In this document: piece after piece, positions 28,837 to 38,649 of the stretch
Layout of the letters: the number at the start of each line of letters is the position of its first letter
Numbering within the stretch: position 1 is the stretch's first letter
Assembly: GCA_030141605.1 (NCBI GenBank)
Contig: JAQGDQ010002369.1
Coordinates: 682,001 to 746,000 of the forward strand
Origin: Tubiluchus corallicola
Lineage: Eukaryota > Animalia > Priapulida
DNA length: 64,000 nt
Direction of reading: 5' to 3'
Program-made: the position numbers and the translations under genes
The notes under the pieces: model-generated
What the model saw: the letters and a program-made list of their open reading frames with translations, nothing else
Told to the model about the DNA's origin: nothing
Database searches by the model: none

Positions 28837-30282
28837 ATGACAACTTATGGAACCTATAATATTCTACATGAGACTTACCCTTCTGCCTCGCCATCCTATC
28901 AGACTACGCAATCGAGAGCATGGAGCTATAGAAGCGCGCAAGTGGCGCAGAATATAGCATCAAGCGGACAGGATGCAGTTGCAATACAGGAAGTCTCTCA
29001 ACATGCCTTTCTGGATCTTCAGAGAGATTTAGCTGCCTATGGATATGTAGGAGAATATGCCCAACATCATGGTGGAAAACCAGATGGGGTAGCTATCTTT
29101 TATAAGAAAGCAAAATTCACACGGCTGGCAAGATGTATGTCAGGGCATATGTCTGGAGTAAGGACTACAACTAGACGAAATGATCTATATCTCGATCTGC
29201 AGGACAACACCACAAGAAAAGTGATTCGATTTGCAACATCCCATATAGAAGGAAACCCACTTGATACGACGCCAGGAAATACACAGTTATCTGAAATAAT
29301 GGCTGCTCTTGAAAAAGTTCATTATGGGCAAAATTATGGTGTTGACCAAATCGTTGTTGGAGCGGATTTCAATCAAGAACATGGAGGAGAGCGTGCTAAA
29401 ATACTAAGCTCATTCGGTTATGTATCTGCTGGAAGTACTTATGAGACTGAAGTCGGTTGTAAAAGAGTCCTTGATGGAGTCTGGGTGAAGTCACGAACCC
29501 CTGTTCATTTACAGGAAGCCCGACTGGGATCCACTTACCAGACGGCTTCCGACCATCACCTTCTTGGTGTGATGGTCACTCCTACTCCCCCTCCTTCTAT
29601 GCAATATCATTCCAGCTCTTCTTATCATCACCATTCCGTCGCGCCTGCCTCCTCAGAACACGATGAAAAATACCTAGTACAGACTTATCAACCTACTCCT
29701 ACGTCTACAACCATGCAGCATTCTCATCCAAGTGCTTCTGTCATGTCTTCAGGCTCACAGCTTCGTAGACGGCATGTAGCTCCAGCTCCTCAACTAATGG
29801 TACCCCGCTTGAACGTTCCAAGTGGAACATCTTTCCGGGCCAGACAGATTGCAGAAGCATCAAGATCGTGGCGCGTTCCAGGAAATCATTCGGATGCCTT
29901 TTACAACGTGGTCTTACATGAGGCTTTAAGGAGAGCTGACCGAGAAGTAGAACAGTCAAAAACAGCAGGTAACGTATTAGACTTTCGTTCTGAGATTGAA
30001 AAACAGCTATTTTTAGTTCTCTTTGAGAATGGAGTTAAAACCCAGCGTGAAATCGATGCCATTTCAGATCCGTTCATGACTGTTTTTGATCAGGTGAGCA
30101 GAGGAAGTCAAATATCTGCAGCAGCACCAGTCAGAAGAACAACAATCACCTCTGCAGCTTCTGCACCTGCTCATGCAGTATCTACTGTACAGACGACCGA
30201 GATTCTTACAGGAAAACAGATGGCGGGGTTGATCGTTGGTCTTGGTATCCTTTTTGCTCTCTTTCTCATTGCAAATTCTTAA
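28837..30282 (+). CDS. EEP (endo/exonuclease/phosphatase) domain protein with low-complexity linker and C-terminal TM anchor
   Basis: TYNIL, AIQEV, DGVAIFY, GADFN, LDGVW, ASDH; terminal LIVGLGILFALFLIANS. Confidence 0.8.
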   Translation: MTTYGTYNILHETYPSASPSYQTTQSRAWSYRSAQVAQNIASSGQDAVAIQEVSQHAFLDLQRDLAAYGYVGEYAQHHGGKPDGVAIFYKKAKFTRLARCMSGHMSGVRTTTRRNDLYLDLQDNTTRKVIRFATSHIEGNPLDTTPGNTQLSEIMAALEKVHYGQNYGVDQIVVGADFNQEHGGERAKILSSFGYVSAGSTYETEVGCKRVLDGVWVKSRTPVHLQEARLGSTYQTASDHHLLGVMVTPTPPPSMQYHSSSSYHHHSVAPASSEHDEKYLVQTYQPTPTSTTMQHSHPSASVMSSGSQLRRRHVAPAPQLMVPRLNVPSGTSFRARQIAEASRSWRVPGNHSDAFYNVVLHEALRRADREVEQSKTAGNVLDFRSEIEKQLFLVLFENGVKTQREIDAISDPFMTVFDQVSRGSQISAAAPVRRTTITSAASAPAHAVSTVQTTEILTGKQMAGLIVGLGILFALFLIANS

Positions 30283-30290
30283 AATCACAT

Positions 30291-30320
30291 AAAAGCCTGT
30301 CTGCCGAGGCAGGCTTTATT
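30291..30320. terminator. bidirectional terminator
   Basis: AAAAGCCTG..CAGGCTTT hairpin between convergent genes. Confidence 0.7.
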
Positions 30321-30321
30321 C

Positions 30322-31308
30322 TCATAACAACAGATCGAGCTCGAAAAGAGCAAACCAGAAGACATATCGTCCTTTGTAATTCCGTTCTATGACGCCTTCT
30401 GAGGTAGGTCCGGCGGGAGCAATAGCCTGGATCTGTTGGTCCAATTGAACTGCTTTGACACGGGATGAAAAATAAAAGAGCTTTCCTAAAGCGGACAGGC
30501 GCACATGTCTCGAAAGGAGATAGGTCGCTTTGAGAATCCCTTCATGACCGAGATTGCTTCCGACCCGGATTTTTCCCTTCTGAATTTGGTTGGTCACATT
30601 GATAAGCGCTCCTGAGCTGTCGAATAGCTGCGTCAGAAACTCATTGTGGACTGTTTGCCTCATCTGGAGCCAATGGTAGTGATATCCCGCCTCAAAGACG
30701 AAATTGGCTCCCGGATAGATATAGATGATCCCTCCGAGAAAAGGTCCATACCAGCGAAGCTTTAGGTCTCTTCCCAAGGAAGAGAAAACCTCAACGGGAT
30801 TTCCTGTGGTTGGAAAGGCACCGTTGAATGGATTGGGGTTGGGATTTTTTCTTTGGATCTTAGTGTAATAGATGGAGTAGCCCACTAAGGGTATAACTGC
30901 AACCCGGTAATACCTCATAGGGGTGAGATCGACGAAGTAGCCGAAACTGCCTTTACCATGAGCAGTCTCGGCATCAGTTCCGAATGTATAAGTGGGCTCG
31001 GTATTGATCGAAGTATTTCTGATGGAGTCCTGGTTCATGTCTCCTTTTCCGAAGGCGCCATATCCCCCTTCAGCAACGATGTAGATGTCCCGATTGATCG
31101 ATTTCAGCACCAGATTGTTCTGCCAGTACCGGAGATGGTCGTATTTTTCATGGTAGGTATCGAGATTAGTATCGTCTTTGAGTTTCAGCCTCCAGTTTAG
31201 GTGGTCTTCCCTATATCCTGTCTGAAGCTCGAAGGTAAATGGTTCCGTAAATGTGGCAAAAAGCGTGGTAGAAATAACAAGGAGAAAAGGGAGAAGTTTC
31301 ATGATCAA
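30322..31308 (-). CDS. outer-membrane beta-barrel protein (paralog A)
   Basis: Signal peptide; GYREDHL, IPLVGYS, WYGPFLG, GYHYHWL. Confidence 0.8.
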   Translation of the reverse strand: MIMKLLPFLLVISTTLFATFTEPFTFELQTGYREDHLNWRLKLKDDTNLDTYHEKYDHLRYWQNNLVLKSINRDIYIVAEGGYGAFGKGDMNQDSIRNTSINTEPTYTFGTDAETAHGKGSFGYFVDLTPMRYYRVAVIPLVGYSIYYTKIQRKNPNPNPFNGAFPTTGNPVEVFSSLGRDLKLRWYGPFLGGIIYIYPGANFVFEAGYHYHWLQMRQTVHNEFLTQLFDSSGALINVTNQIQKGKIRVGSNLGHEGILKATYLLSRHVRLSALGKLFYFSSRVKAVQLDQQIQAIAPAGPTSEGVIERNYKGRYVFWFALFELDLLL

Positions 31309-32285
31309 AAGCAGTAGAGGATTTCTAAAAAGATCGAGTAGGTTCGCCAGCGTCCTTTAAACGGAAAATTCTCCGTAGTATCAGTAACGGTAGCAGGAAC
31401 AGTGAGGTTGTCTGTAAGAGTTTGATTGAGCCTGAGCTTTCTTACCTTTGTGGTGAAATAGTAGTAATCTCCTACAAGGGAAAGCTTCCAGCATGGAGTG
31501 ATATAGAAGGCGAATCGAGCCTTTGCCTGTTGACCGAAAGCGCCGCTTGTGCTGATTTTCGTATCGATGACTGCATTAGTATCAACTCCGATTCCCACCC
31601 CTGTTATAAATGAGAAGAAATTGGGAGAAATCGTTTGAGTTTGTCTTAAATGGAGAAAATGATAGGCGTAAGCAATTTCAAAATCATACCTGTTCAAAAA
31701 GTGGGAAAAGAGAGCAAGTCCCAAAAATGGCCCGTACCATGTGCGGCTCAGTTTTGAAAAGGAGACAGAGACGTCCAGTACCGAATTGGGAATGCCCGCA
31801 AAATTTGTTGTGCGGAAAGGATCGGGGGATGTTCCATCGTTTTTGACTCCCTGGTAATGGATCCCGTAACCTCCGAGAGGAATAAAGAGAAGACCTCTAT
31901 TTGAAATGATGGAAAACCCATATCCCAGGGTGCCCACAGAATCGAATACTCCCCCGCTGTCAGTATCTGTATGAAAGAAATTGGGAATAACAATCGTTGG
32001 TCCGACGACTACATTGAGTTTCGTATCTTGTCCGCCTCCTCGAATCCACCCATAATCGGCAGAGAGGTGGAGTCTGAAATTATAAAAGAAGAACTCCATC
32101 AGGGCTTCGATCAATGGAACCTTGAGGTTCTCATAGGTGCTGTCAATGGATGGAATTTCATCCTCATAAAAAACAGAAGTATGTCCGTCCTGACGGTAAC
32201 CTGGACCTATTCCAAAACAGAAGGTCGGAGGCTCACTTGCAACAAGAGTGAAAAATGGAAGAAAGAAAAGGAGATATTTTTTCAT
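31305..32285 (-). CDS. outer-membrane beta-barrel protein (paralog B)
   Basis: Signal peptide; GYRQDG, ADYGWI, IPLGGYG, WYGPFLG, AYAYHFL; C-terminal Phe. Confidence 0.8.
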   Translation of the reverse strand: MKKYLLFFLPFFTLVASEPPTFCFGIGPGYRQDGHTSVFYEDEIPSIDSTYENLKVPLIEALMEFFFYNFRLHLSADYGWIRGGGQDTKLNVVVGPTIVIPNFFHTDTDSGGVFDSVGTLGYGFSIISNRGLLFIPLGGYGIHYQGVKNDGTSPDPFRTTNFAGIPNSVLDVSVSFSKLSRTWYGPFLGLALFSHFLNRYDFEIAYAYHFLHLRQTQTISPNFFSFITGVGIGVDTNAVIDTKISTSGAFGQQAKARFAFYITPCWKLSLVGDYYYFTTKVRKLRLNQTLTDNLTVPATVTDTTENFPFKGRWRTYSIFLEILYCF

Positions 32286-32401
32286 TTCGAAATCCTTCGG
32301 AAAAGAAGGAAAATTTATATTCGAAATTTAGGTTATTGAAAAGAACAATTGGTCTCTGAGGCTATCCCACTAAGAATGTTTCGTCGCTCATCGAAGCTTT
32401 T

Positions 32402-33529
32402 TCAAACCCAATAGTCAGGATAAGTAAGCATGCCTGCTGTAGTCGTTGTGTCAAGGGGACATACTTCATGAATATGAAGCGCTTTCATAAATCCCAAAAC
32501 CAAAATCGCATTGGAAAGATCGACGGTTGCATAAGGATTTTCGAAAAGTTCTTCCGGTGTTTTGCTTAGTGTTTCACGGATATAGCTTCGCAAATCTTTT
32601 CGTGTGATTCTGTCAGCGTGTACCACAAGAGGTTTGATGCTGTTGAAGAAAAGCCTGCCAATGCCCAATACCTTTCCTTCAAAAAGTTTGATCTTTTCTT
32701 TGATATTGGGAAATGCCCTTCTTGCTAAAGAGCGCGCATAAGAGTCTGCCAAAGCCCATTCTTCCTCAGTCATGGGATGGATAAAAACATCCTCTGAGAG
32801 TTCTTTGCCCTGAACGATTTCCAGGATATAATTTCTGAAAGGGATCGATCCTACATCTCCCATAAAGACGGTCATTTTCATCTCATCTTCAATCGTCATT
32901 TGAAAACTACCTGTTCCAATGTCCCAGGCTAGGACATCGTCGGGAATCAGATCCGGGTTACTGGCAAGGGCGCTATAAAAAGCAAGAATCCCCTCTTGTT
33001 CCTGTGGGATGATTTCAACTTGAATTCCCGTTTCAGCGAAAATTCTTTCAGAGAACTCTTTTCCATTGGCCGACTTTCGAAACGCTTCCGTTGCGACTGC
33101 ATATTTCCTGTCCACTCCATAAGAGTTGATAAGTTCGTTGATTTCTCTGAAAATCTCGAGTCCCTTTCCCTGAATTTCTTCATTGGAGGACTGATCTTCT
33201 GATTCTTCGAGATACGCTTGATATTTTACCGAAAAGGATGTTTGAAAGAGGACTTCGACAATTTCATTTGTCAGTGTATTGACATCAGCAATACTTACTT
33301 TTGTTCCTCCAGAACCAACATCGATCACGGCTCTTCTTTCAATGGCAGGATTTGCTGCAGATGAAAGAAATGGAAGGTTTTTCTGTGCGAATGTTTCCTG
33401 CCTCATGCGTCGTTGCAAAGCCGATCTTTTTGGAGACAATGAAGAGATGGGCATTGCCTTAGTCGGATTAAGTGTAGAATGATATTGAAAGGCGTGTAAT
33501 TGAGTATTTTGGATTTCTGGAATATGCAT
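32402..33529 (-). CDS. Ppx/GppA family phosphatase
   Basis: IDVGSGGTK, AVATEAFRKSAN, EQEG, DIGTGSFQ. Confidence 0.85.
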   Translation of the reverse strand: MHIPEIQNTQLHAFQYHSTLNPTKAMPISSLSPKRSALQRRMRQETFAQKNLPFLSSAANPAIERRAVIDVGSGGTKVSIADVNTLTNEIVEVLFQTSFSVKYQAYLEESEDQSSNEEIQGKGLEIFREINELINSYGVDRKYAVATEAFRKSANGKEFSERIFAETGIQVEIIPQEQEGILAFYSALASNPDLIPDDVLAWDIGTGSFQMTIEDEMKMTVFMGDVGSIPFRNYILEIVQGKELSEDVFIHPMTEEEWALADSYARSLARRAFPNIKEKIKLFEGKVLGIGRLFFNSIKPLVVHADRITRKDLRSYIRETLSKTPEELFENPYATVDLSNAILVLGFMKALHIHEVCPLDTTTTAGMLTYPDYWV

Positions 33530-33599
33530 TTAATTTCCCCTTTTCCAAGTGAAATATAATTAAATAGCGATAAAAGTCAATTAGTAAAATTAAATTAAG

Positions 33600-34076
33600 T
33601 TAGTTAGTAAAAGGTTTAGTCCAGAATTGAAAGGTTGTCGATCCGATTGTTTTCTCATTACCTGCATGATAAAGTTCCTCAAGCCATTTGAAGAACGATT
33701 CAGCTCTCTCCTTTTGTCCTAGAAGACAGAGAGATTTGAGAATACGCGTGATCCTGAGAAAATTGTGGTTATGTGGAGTCAGCCAGTGCTTTTGTGAAGA
33801 AGTTTTTCCAAATCCATAGAACTTCATCATACGCTCAAAAGATCGGATAAGATTTTTTTGAATCAGGGGATCTTCTTTCATCGCAGCAATTTCTTCTCCT
33901 GTCAGAATGGGAGCATCAGGATTAGCTGAACTTGCCTCTTTGAGAGGAAAAAGCCACTGTATAAAATCATGAATGCTTTCAAGTCTGGAATCATCCCATG
34001 AAAGGATTTCATCCAACATTCTTCCTTCGGAATCAGGGCCTTCATTACGATAAAAAGGGAGTATCATAACTTTCAT
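33600..34076 (-). CDS. OGFr (opioid growth factor receptor) N-terminal domain protein
   Basis: LESIHDFIQWLFP, FYG, HNFLRITRILKSL, FW. Confidence 0.85.
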   Translation of the reverse strand: MKVMILPFYRNEGPDSEGRMLDEILSWDDSRLESIHDFIQWLFPLKEASSANPDAPILTGEEIAAMKEDPLIQKNLIRSFERMMKFYGFGKTSSQKHWLTPHNHNFLRITRILKSLCLLGQKERAESFFKWLEELYHAGNEKTIGSTTFQFWTKPFTN

Positions 34077-34113
34077 ATTAGGAAGAAATCTCCTTTTATC
34101 GTACCCTTTTTGT

Positions 34114-34554
34114 ATGGCTAAAAAACTATTCCGTGCAAGAAAAGATCGCGTTTTTGGAGGAATCTGTGGAGGATTGGGACATTATCTTCGCATCGATCCT
34201 ATTTTCATTCGCCTTCTGACGATCTTCATATGCGTTTTTACAGCTATTTTGCCTGTATTACTGGTCTATCTGATCTGTTGCGTTCTAATTCCTTTAGAAC
34301 CGAAAGGATTGCAGCCTAAGCCTTTTAAAAGACTATATCGTTCACGTATGGATCGAAAGATCGGAGGAGTTTGTGGAGGATTAGGGCAGCTATTCAAAAT
34401 GGATTCTACCATTTTGAGATTAATCGTTATCCTTGTCTGTTTTTTGACAGGACTGGTCCCTGTTATTCTAGCTTATCTTGTGGGATGGATCATCGTTCCT
34501 GAAGAACCGGTTCGAACAAAAGCAGAAGATGTTGAAATCGAAATTGAAACTTAA
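34114..34554 (+). CDS. pspC: double PspC-domain membrane protein
   Basis: Two repeats of L.R.R.DR..GG.CGGLG with TM segments. Confidence 0.85.
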   Translation: MAKKLFRARKDRVFGGICGGLGHYLRIDPIFIRLLTIFICVFTAILPVLLVYLICCVLIPLEPKGLQPKPFKRLYRSRMDRKIGGVCGGLGQLFKMDSTILRLIVILVCFLTGLVPVILAYLVGWIIVPEEPVRTKAEDVEIEIET

Positions 34555-35360
34555 TCTGTAGGATCTTCTCTTTTGGCCCAGTATTCGGGGCCGTAATCGT
34601 AAGTGAGCTGTTCCCCTTTTTGTATCGGACGATTTGCGTAGATAATGACATGCATGATGTTGCCGGAGAAAACGGGCATCGGATCGACATTGCCCTTATC
34701 GCTATGATTGATGAAGCGCATGAGATTTCCCTTGTCCTGAGCATCGATCGTATAGGGGGTGCGAACTCTTTCACCGATCACATACTCAAAACAGTAGCAG
34801 TTGTTTTTATCTGCTCTTGGGCGGTGTCTTCGCAGAACTCCAGTATACTCTCCCACATAGTCTCGCTTCTTTAGTTCGCAATTGGTGAATAGGCCAAATC
34901 CGAAAACATTATCGATCCACCGGATAGTACAGTCTACTTCTTTATGTTTGGAAATCTCCGATGCGTAATAGCTGCCCAGCCACTTCTGTTCCCGTGAGAT
35001 GATCCCCCTCATCTTTGCTTTTTCACATTTGCGGACGATTTTTCTGATGATGGAATATTTGCTCACTTCCAGGCTGGGAAGGTACTCAAAATTCATGAGT
35101 TTTTCTAACTCCGGACGCGTAAACTCTTCTATAGCTCCATCTTTTTCTACAGGATAAAGCCTTTCTTCTTCTTGAAAAGAAAGCAAGCTGAGAAACTCTT
35201 TGAGAAACTCTTTTCGATTGAGGAACTCCGCGGTCTCAATGGGGGTAAATCCTTCATTGTTTTTCTCGTTCAACCATTCCTCTTGAGCATCGATGATCCG
35301 ATTGGAGTGAATGGCCTCATGAAGTGGGTTTTGTTTTGGTCTCTTTAAAAATAGGTTCAT
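34551..35360 (-). CDS. SET-domain lysine methyltransferase (paralog A)
   Basis: GFGLFT, VGEYTG, IDAQDKGNLMRFINHS, QLTYDYG. Confidence 0.9.
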   Translation of the reverse strand: MNLFLKRPKQNPLHEAIHSNRIIDAQEEWLNEKNNEGFTPIETAEFLNRKEFLKEFLSLLSFQEEERLYPVEKDGAIEEFTRPELEKLMNFEYLPSLEVSKYSIIRKIVRKCEKAKMRGIISREQKWLGSYYASEISKHKEVDCTIRWIDNVFGFGLFTNCELKKRDYVGEYTGVLRRHRPRADKNNCYCFEYVIGERVRTPYTIDAQDKGNLMRFINHSDKGNVDPMPVFSGNIMHVIIYANRPIQKGEQLTYDYGPEYWAKREDPTD

Positions 35361-36202
35361 GAGGGTGTCACACTGCTTGAATGTTTCGGGTGAAGTGATG
35401 GGATGCTCTCATATTTTTCTTTGCTTTGTTCCCAAAAAAGTTCTCCGTAATCGAAGGTCAGCTGTTTTCCTTTGGCAATAGGCTCCAGAGAGCGGAAAAT
35501 GATCCGTAAAAAGGGTGAAACATAAATGCCTATGATCTCAAGGTTAGGCTCGTCGCTGTGGTTGATGTACCTTGTGAAGTTCCCGGCATGTTTGGCATCG
35601 ATCACGAACTCCTTGGGGTCGTCTAGGGAGATAGGATAACGGAGACAGTAATTGTTATACTTGATCAAGCTCTTCGATCTCTTCCTCACTACCCCTGTAT
35701 ACTCTCCTACAAATTCCCGAGGGCGGATATCCTGATCGGCAAAAACACCATATTGGATCTGATCATTGACAAATTGGACCTTCACTTCCGGGTGCTTCCT
35801 TTGCTCAACCTCTTCCCGATAGTAGGCCCCCCGAAAGATCTTGTATTGCTGTATGAGTCCCTCTTTCTTTGCATGGCGGGTCTTTTGCAAGACTTTTTGC
35901 AATACAGAGAAGCTTTCGAAGGTCAGCGTGGAAAGAGGCTCTACAGGATCGGGAAAAGTCTCCATAGTCTCAGGAAAGTGTTTTCGAAGCTCATAGATCT
36001 TTTTGGTTTTCTTCAGGTTCAGGTATTGGACTAGCTCTAGGAATGTGAGGCCGTAGAAGATCTGCCGGTATTGGGTCTTCGGGTCGGAAATGAGTCTTCG
36101 CAGTCTCTCAGGATCATCTTTTTTCAGGGCCTCCAGGAGAAGAGAATTTTCTGTATGGTCAGGACCGGTAATGATTTCTTTGAAGACTTTATGAAGTTGC
36201 AT
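35357..36202 (-). CDS. SET-domain lysine methyltransferase (paralog B)
   Basis: YGVFA, VGEYTG, IDAKHAGNFTRYINHS, QLTFDYG. Confidence 0.9.
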   Translation of the reverse strand: MQLHKVFKEIITGPDHTENSLLLEALKKDDPERLRRLISDPKTQYRQIFYGLTFLELVQYLNLKKTKKIYELRKHFPETMETFPDPVEPLSTLTFESFSVLQKVLQKTRHAKKEGLIQQYKIFRGAYYREEVEQRKHPEVKVQFVNDQIQYGVFADQDIRPREFVGEYTGVVRKRSKSLIKYNNYCLRYPISLDDPKEFVIDAKHAGNFTRYINHSDEPNLEIIGIYVSPFLRIIFRSLEPIAKGKQLTFDYGELFWEQSKEKYESIPSLHPKHSSSVTPS

Positions 36203-36275
36203 GCTCGATCAATGTATGTTGGATGAAAAGTAGCATGTTCTGAAGGAATTGTCTAGAGGAGGAGGTTTGGGAGGG

Positions 36276-36312
36276 AAAAAAATCCTGCCCTCGGGAAAGG
36301 GGAGGGCAGGAA
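36276..36312 (-). terminator. intrinsic terminator
   Basis: TCCTGCCCTC..GAGGGCAGGA hairpin flanked by A7 on the plus strand (U-tract on minus). Confidence 0.8.
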
Positions 36313-36318
36313 TAGGAT

Positions 36319-37545
36319 TTAAGCAGCAGTAGCAGCCTTCTTTGCGAATCTGTCGCCTGTTAATCTTGCTTCAGTTCTTGATTGTCTTGCAAGTTCTCGC
36401 TCGACGATCTTTCGGACGTCTGCAGGAGATATCCCATCATTACGTCCACAGTCTACATCGACTTTCGCTGATTGGTTATAGCCTTTTTCTGTGGAATCAA
36501 CTTTTACATTCCCATTTGAATTGTAAACATTGACTTCCACTTTCTGGTTCACTTTAACAGAACTACTGAAAGTCTTATAGGCCACTAATCCAATGACCGC
36601 TGCAGCGGTGAGACCCCATGTAGTCCATGAGTAATTCATCGGGTTTATAAGGCCAACTCCGCCTGAGATTCGGTTCGCAGTTCCACTATTGTCTCCAGCT
36701 AGCCAAGAAGCCCAATCAAGAGTCTTCCCAGCGGCTCCGCAGTCAACACACTCACCAGTAGCAACTTGTTTAAGAGAATTCCAGACATGTTTGCCATCAC
36801 CTGTGAGGTCAATCACACGGTTTTGCGCCCAGCTGCCATCGTAATGTGCATGGAATGTATTGCTCCACTCTTCGAAGTATTGGTTCCACTCTTCGAATTT
36901 CTGACCAGCTTCTTCAGCTTTCTGAGATGCTTCTTCAGCTTTCTGAGATGCTTCTTCAGCTTTCTGAGATGCTTCTTCCAATCTGCCAGATGCACCTTTC
37001 AAACCATCAGTAGCTTGTTGTGCGTCTGTGCTTGCACTACGTAAAGTCTTGGCAGTTTGCTCGCCTGTCTGTCTGATCGTTTCAGCAGATTTATCGATGG
37101 TCGCGACAGTCTCCTCGACTTTAGAGGTAGCTTCATGCAAAGCTCCTGTCGTTTGATCAACAGTTGTTTTCAAATGCTGAGCAGTTTGGAGAGACGAATA
37201 AGAAGCTGTCTTTATGGCATTAGCAGATGTCTGTCCCTGAGCAGCAGCATCTCTCATTTGAGAAACAGCGCTGGAAGCCTCTCGAGAAGCTCCTTTTATT
37301 TCTCTCGTAGCTGACTGAACATCATCGATCGAACACTGGAGCTTGTTAGTATATTTTTCAAATACTGACAGAGCTCTATCTGATGTGCCCCATAAACTTT
37401 TTACTCCATCTACAAGAGTTTGTCCTAATCCAGGTCCTTGGTTTTGAGGCTGGGCTTTATGCCCTCTGCCGCCACGGACCATATCATTCCAGTCTACTGG
37501 TGGAAGATGGCCGAGAGACATTCCTTGTAATACTGGATCTACCAT
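36319..37545 (-). CDS. coiled-coil protein with internal repeats and a TM segment
   Basis: Ala/Ser/Thr/Gln-rich heptads, (EEASQKA)x3, TM WGLTAAAVIGLVAY. Confidence 0.8.
   Translation of the reverse strand: MVDPVLQGMSLGHLPPVDWNDMVRGGRGHKAQPQNQGPGLGQTLVDGVKSLWGTSDRALSVFEKYTNKLQCSIDDVQSATREIKGASREASSAVSQMRDAAAQGQTSANAIKTASYSSLQTAQHLKTTVDQTTGALHEATSKVEETVATIDKSAETIRQTGEQTAKTLRSASTDAQQATDGLKGASGRLEEASQKAEEASQKAEEASQKAEEAGQKFEEWNQYFEEWSNTFHAHYDGSWAQNRVIDLTGDGKHVWNSLKQVATGECVDCGAAGKTLDWASWLAGDNSGTANRISGGVGLINPMNYSWTTWGLTAAAVIGLVAYKTFSSSVKVNQKVEVNVYNSNGNVKVDSTEKGYNQSAKVDVDCGRNDGISPADVRKIVERELARQSRTEARLTGDRFAKKAATAA
36908..36978 (-). repeat. 21-bp tandem repeat, about 3.4 copies
   Basis: GCTTCTTCAGCTTTCTGAGAT repeated; encodes EEASQKA heptads. 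Confidence 0.9.
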
Positions 37546-37586
37546 GGGTCTATCCCCTTGTTAAAAATTTTAATTTTTGGCCTGAA

Positions 37587-37615
37587 ATTATCCTCTAAAA
37601 AACGGTTTTCGTCAA
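37587..37615 (-). promoter_or_regulatory. sigma70-type promoter
   Basis: TTGACG-N17-GATAAT upstream of ATG 37545. Confidence 0.55.
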
Positions 37616-37786
37616 AGAAATTTCAGGAAGGTTTTCCAACCTTTGTTTTCAATAAGTTAAGCGTAGATTTTAGGATAAATGGATTAAGGAAACATTAAGA
37701 GATTTATTAATTCGTAAAAAAAGTGAAAAATGTTGGCAAGTTCAAATTTGGATTCGTCGTTGCAAGAACAGATATTACAAATTGTT

Positions 37787-38527
37787 TCACAGCGGCGGGA
37801 CGGCAGGCATCAAAGGGGCAATGATTTTTTGATAAAAAAGAGCTCCCAGGATACCGCCTAAGATCGGGCCGACAATCGGAATCCAGGCATAGGAGCAGTC
37901 AGAAGTTCCTTTGCCATGTATAGGTAATATTTGATGCATGATGCGTGGGCCCAAGTCTCGTGCTGGATTGATGGCAAATCCAGTAGGGCCACCTAATGAA
38001 AGACCGATGCTGAAAATCAGAATACCGACGGCAAAAGGGCCGAACCCAAAACCGATATTGTTATGCACATTGAATATGCCGAGTACTCCGACAAGTAAAA
38101 CAAAGGTCGCGATGATCTCAGTTAGAAAATTGGCAGGATAGGAGCGGGCAACGGGTTGTGTAGAAAAGCAGAGAAGTTTTCTTGTGGGATCAGATGTTTT
38201 TTTCCAATGAGGCAGATAAGTGAGCCAGACGAGAAAAGCTCCGATCATGGCCCCTACCATTTGACCGAATAGGTAATAGGGAACCAAATGCCAGGGAGTT
38301 CTTCCTGCTGCGGCAAGTCCTAATGTGACTGCCGGATTGATGTGCCTCTCACTGATCCATCCAATGATGTAAATAGCAACAGCTACCGCAAATCCCCAAC
38401 CTGTTGCAATGACGATCCATCCTGAATCTTTTCCTTTGGATTCATCGAGAAGAACATTGGCCACTGCTCCATTGCCTAAAAGCATCAACATCATCGTACC
38501 AATCATTTCGGAAAAGAAGATCGTCAT
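37787..38527 (-). CDS. glpF: glycerol uptake facilitator (MIP aquaglyceroporin)
   Basis: HINPAVT and AINPARDLGPR (NPARD marks the GlpF subtype). Confidence 0.92.
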   Translation of the reverse strand: MTIFFSEMIGTMMLMLLGNGAVANVLLDESKGKDSGWIVIATGWGFAVAVAIYIIGWISERHINPAVTLGLAAAGRTPWHLVPYYLFGQMVGAMIGAFLVWLTYLPHWKKTSDPTRKLLCFSTQPVARSYPANFLTEIIATFVLLVGVLGIFNVHNNIGFGFGPFAVGILIFSIGLSLGGPTGFAINPARDLGPRIMHQILPIHGKGTSDCSYAWIPIVGPILGGILGALFYQKIIAPLMPAVPPL

Positions 38528-38649
38528 TGGTTCCTCCGCAAAAAATGAGATTATGAGACGTATTCAAAATATACAAGAGCTGTTTTCGTCGTATGGATTA
38601 TTATCCTCTGGTTTTATATAGTCTCTTTTTTACCTGGAGGATATTCGAG

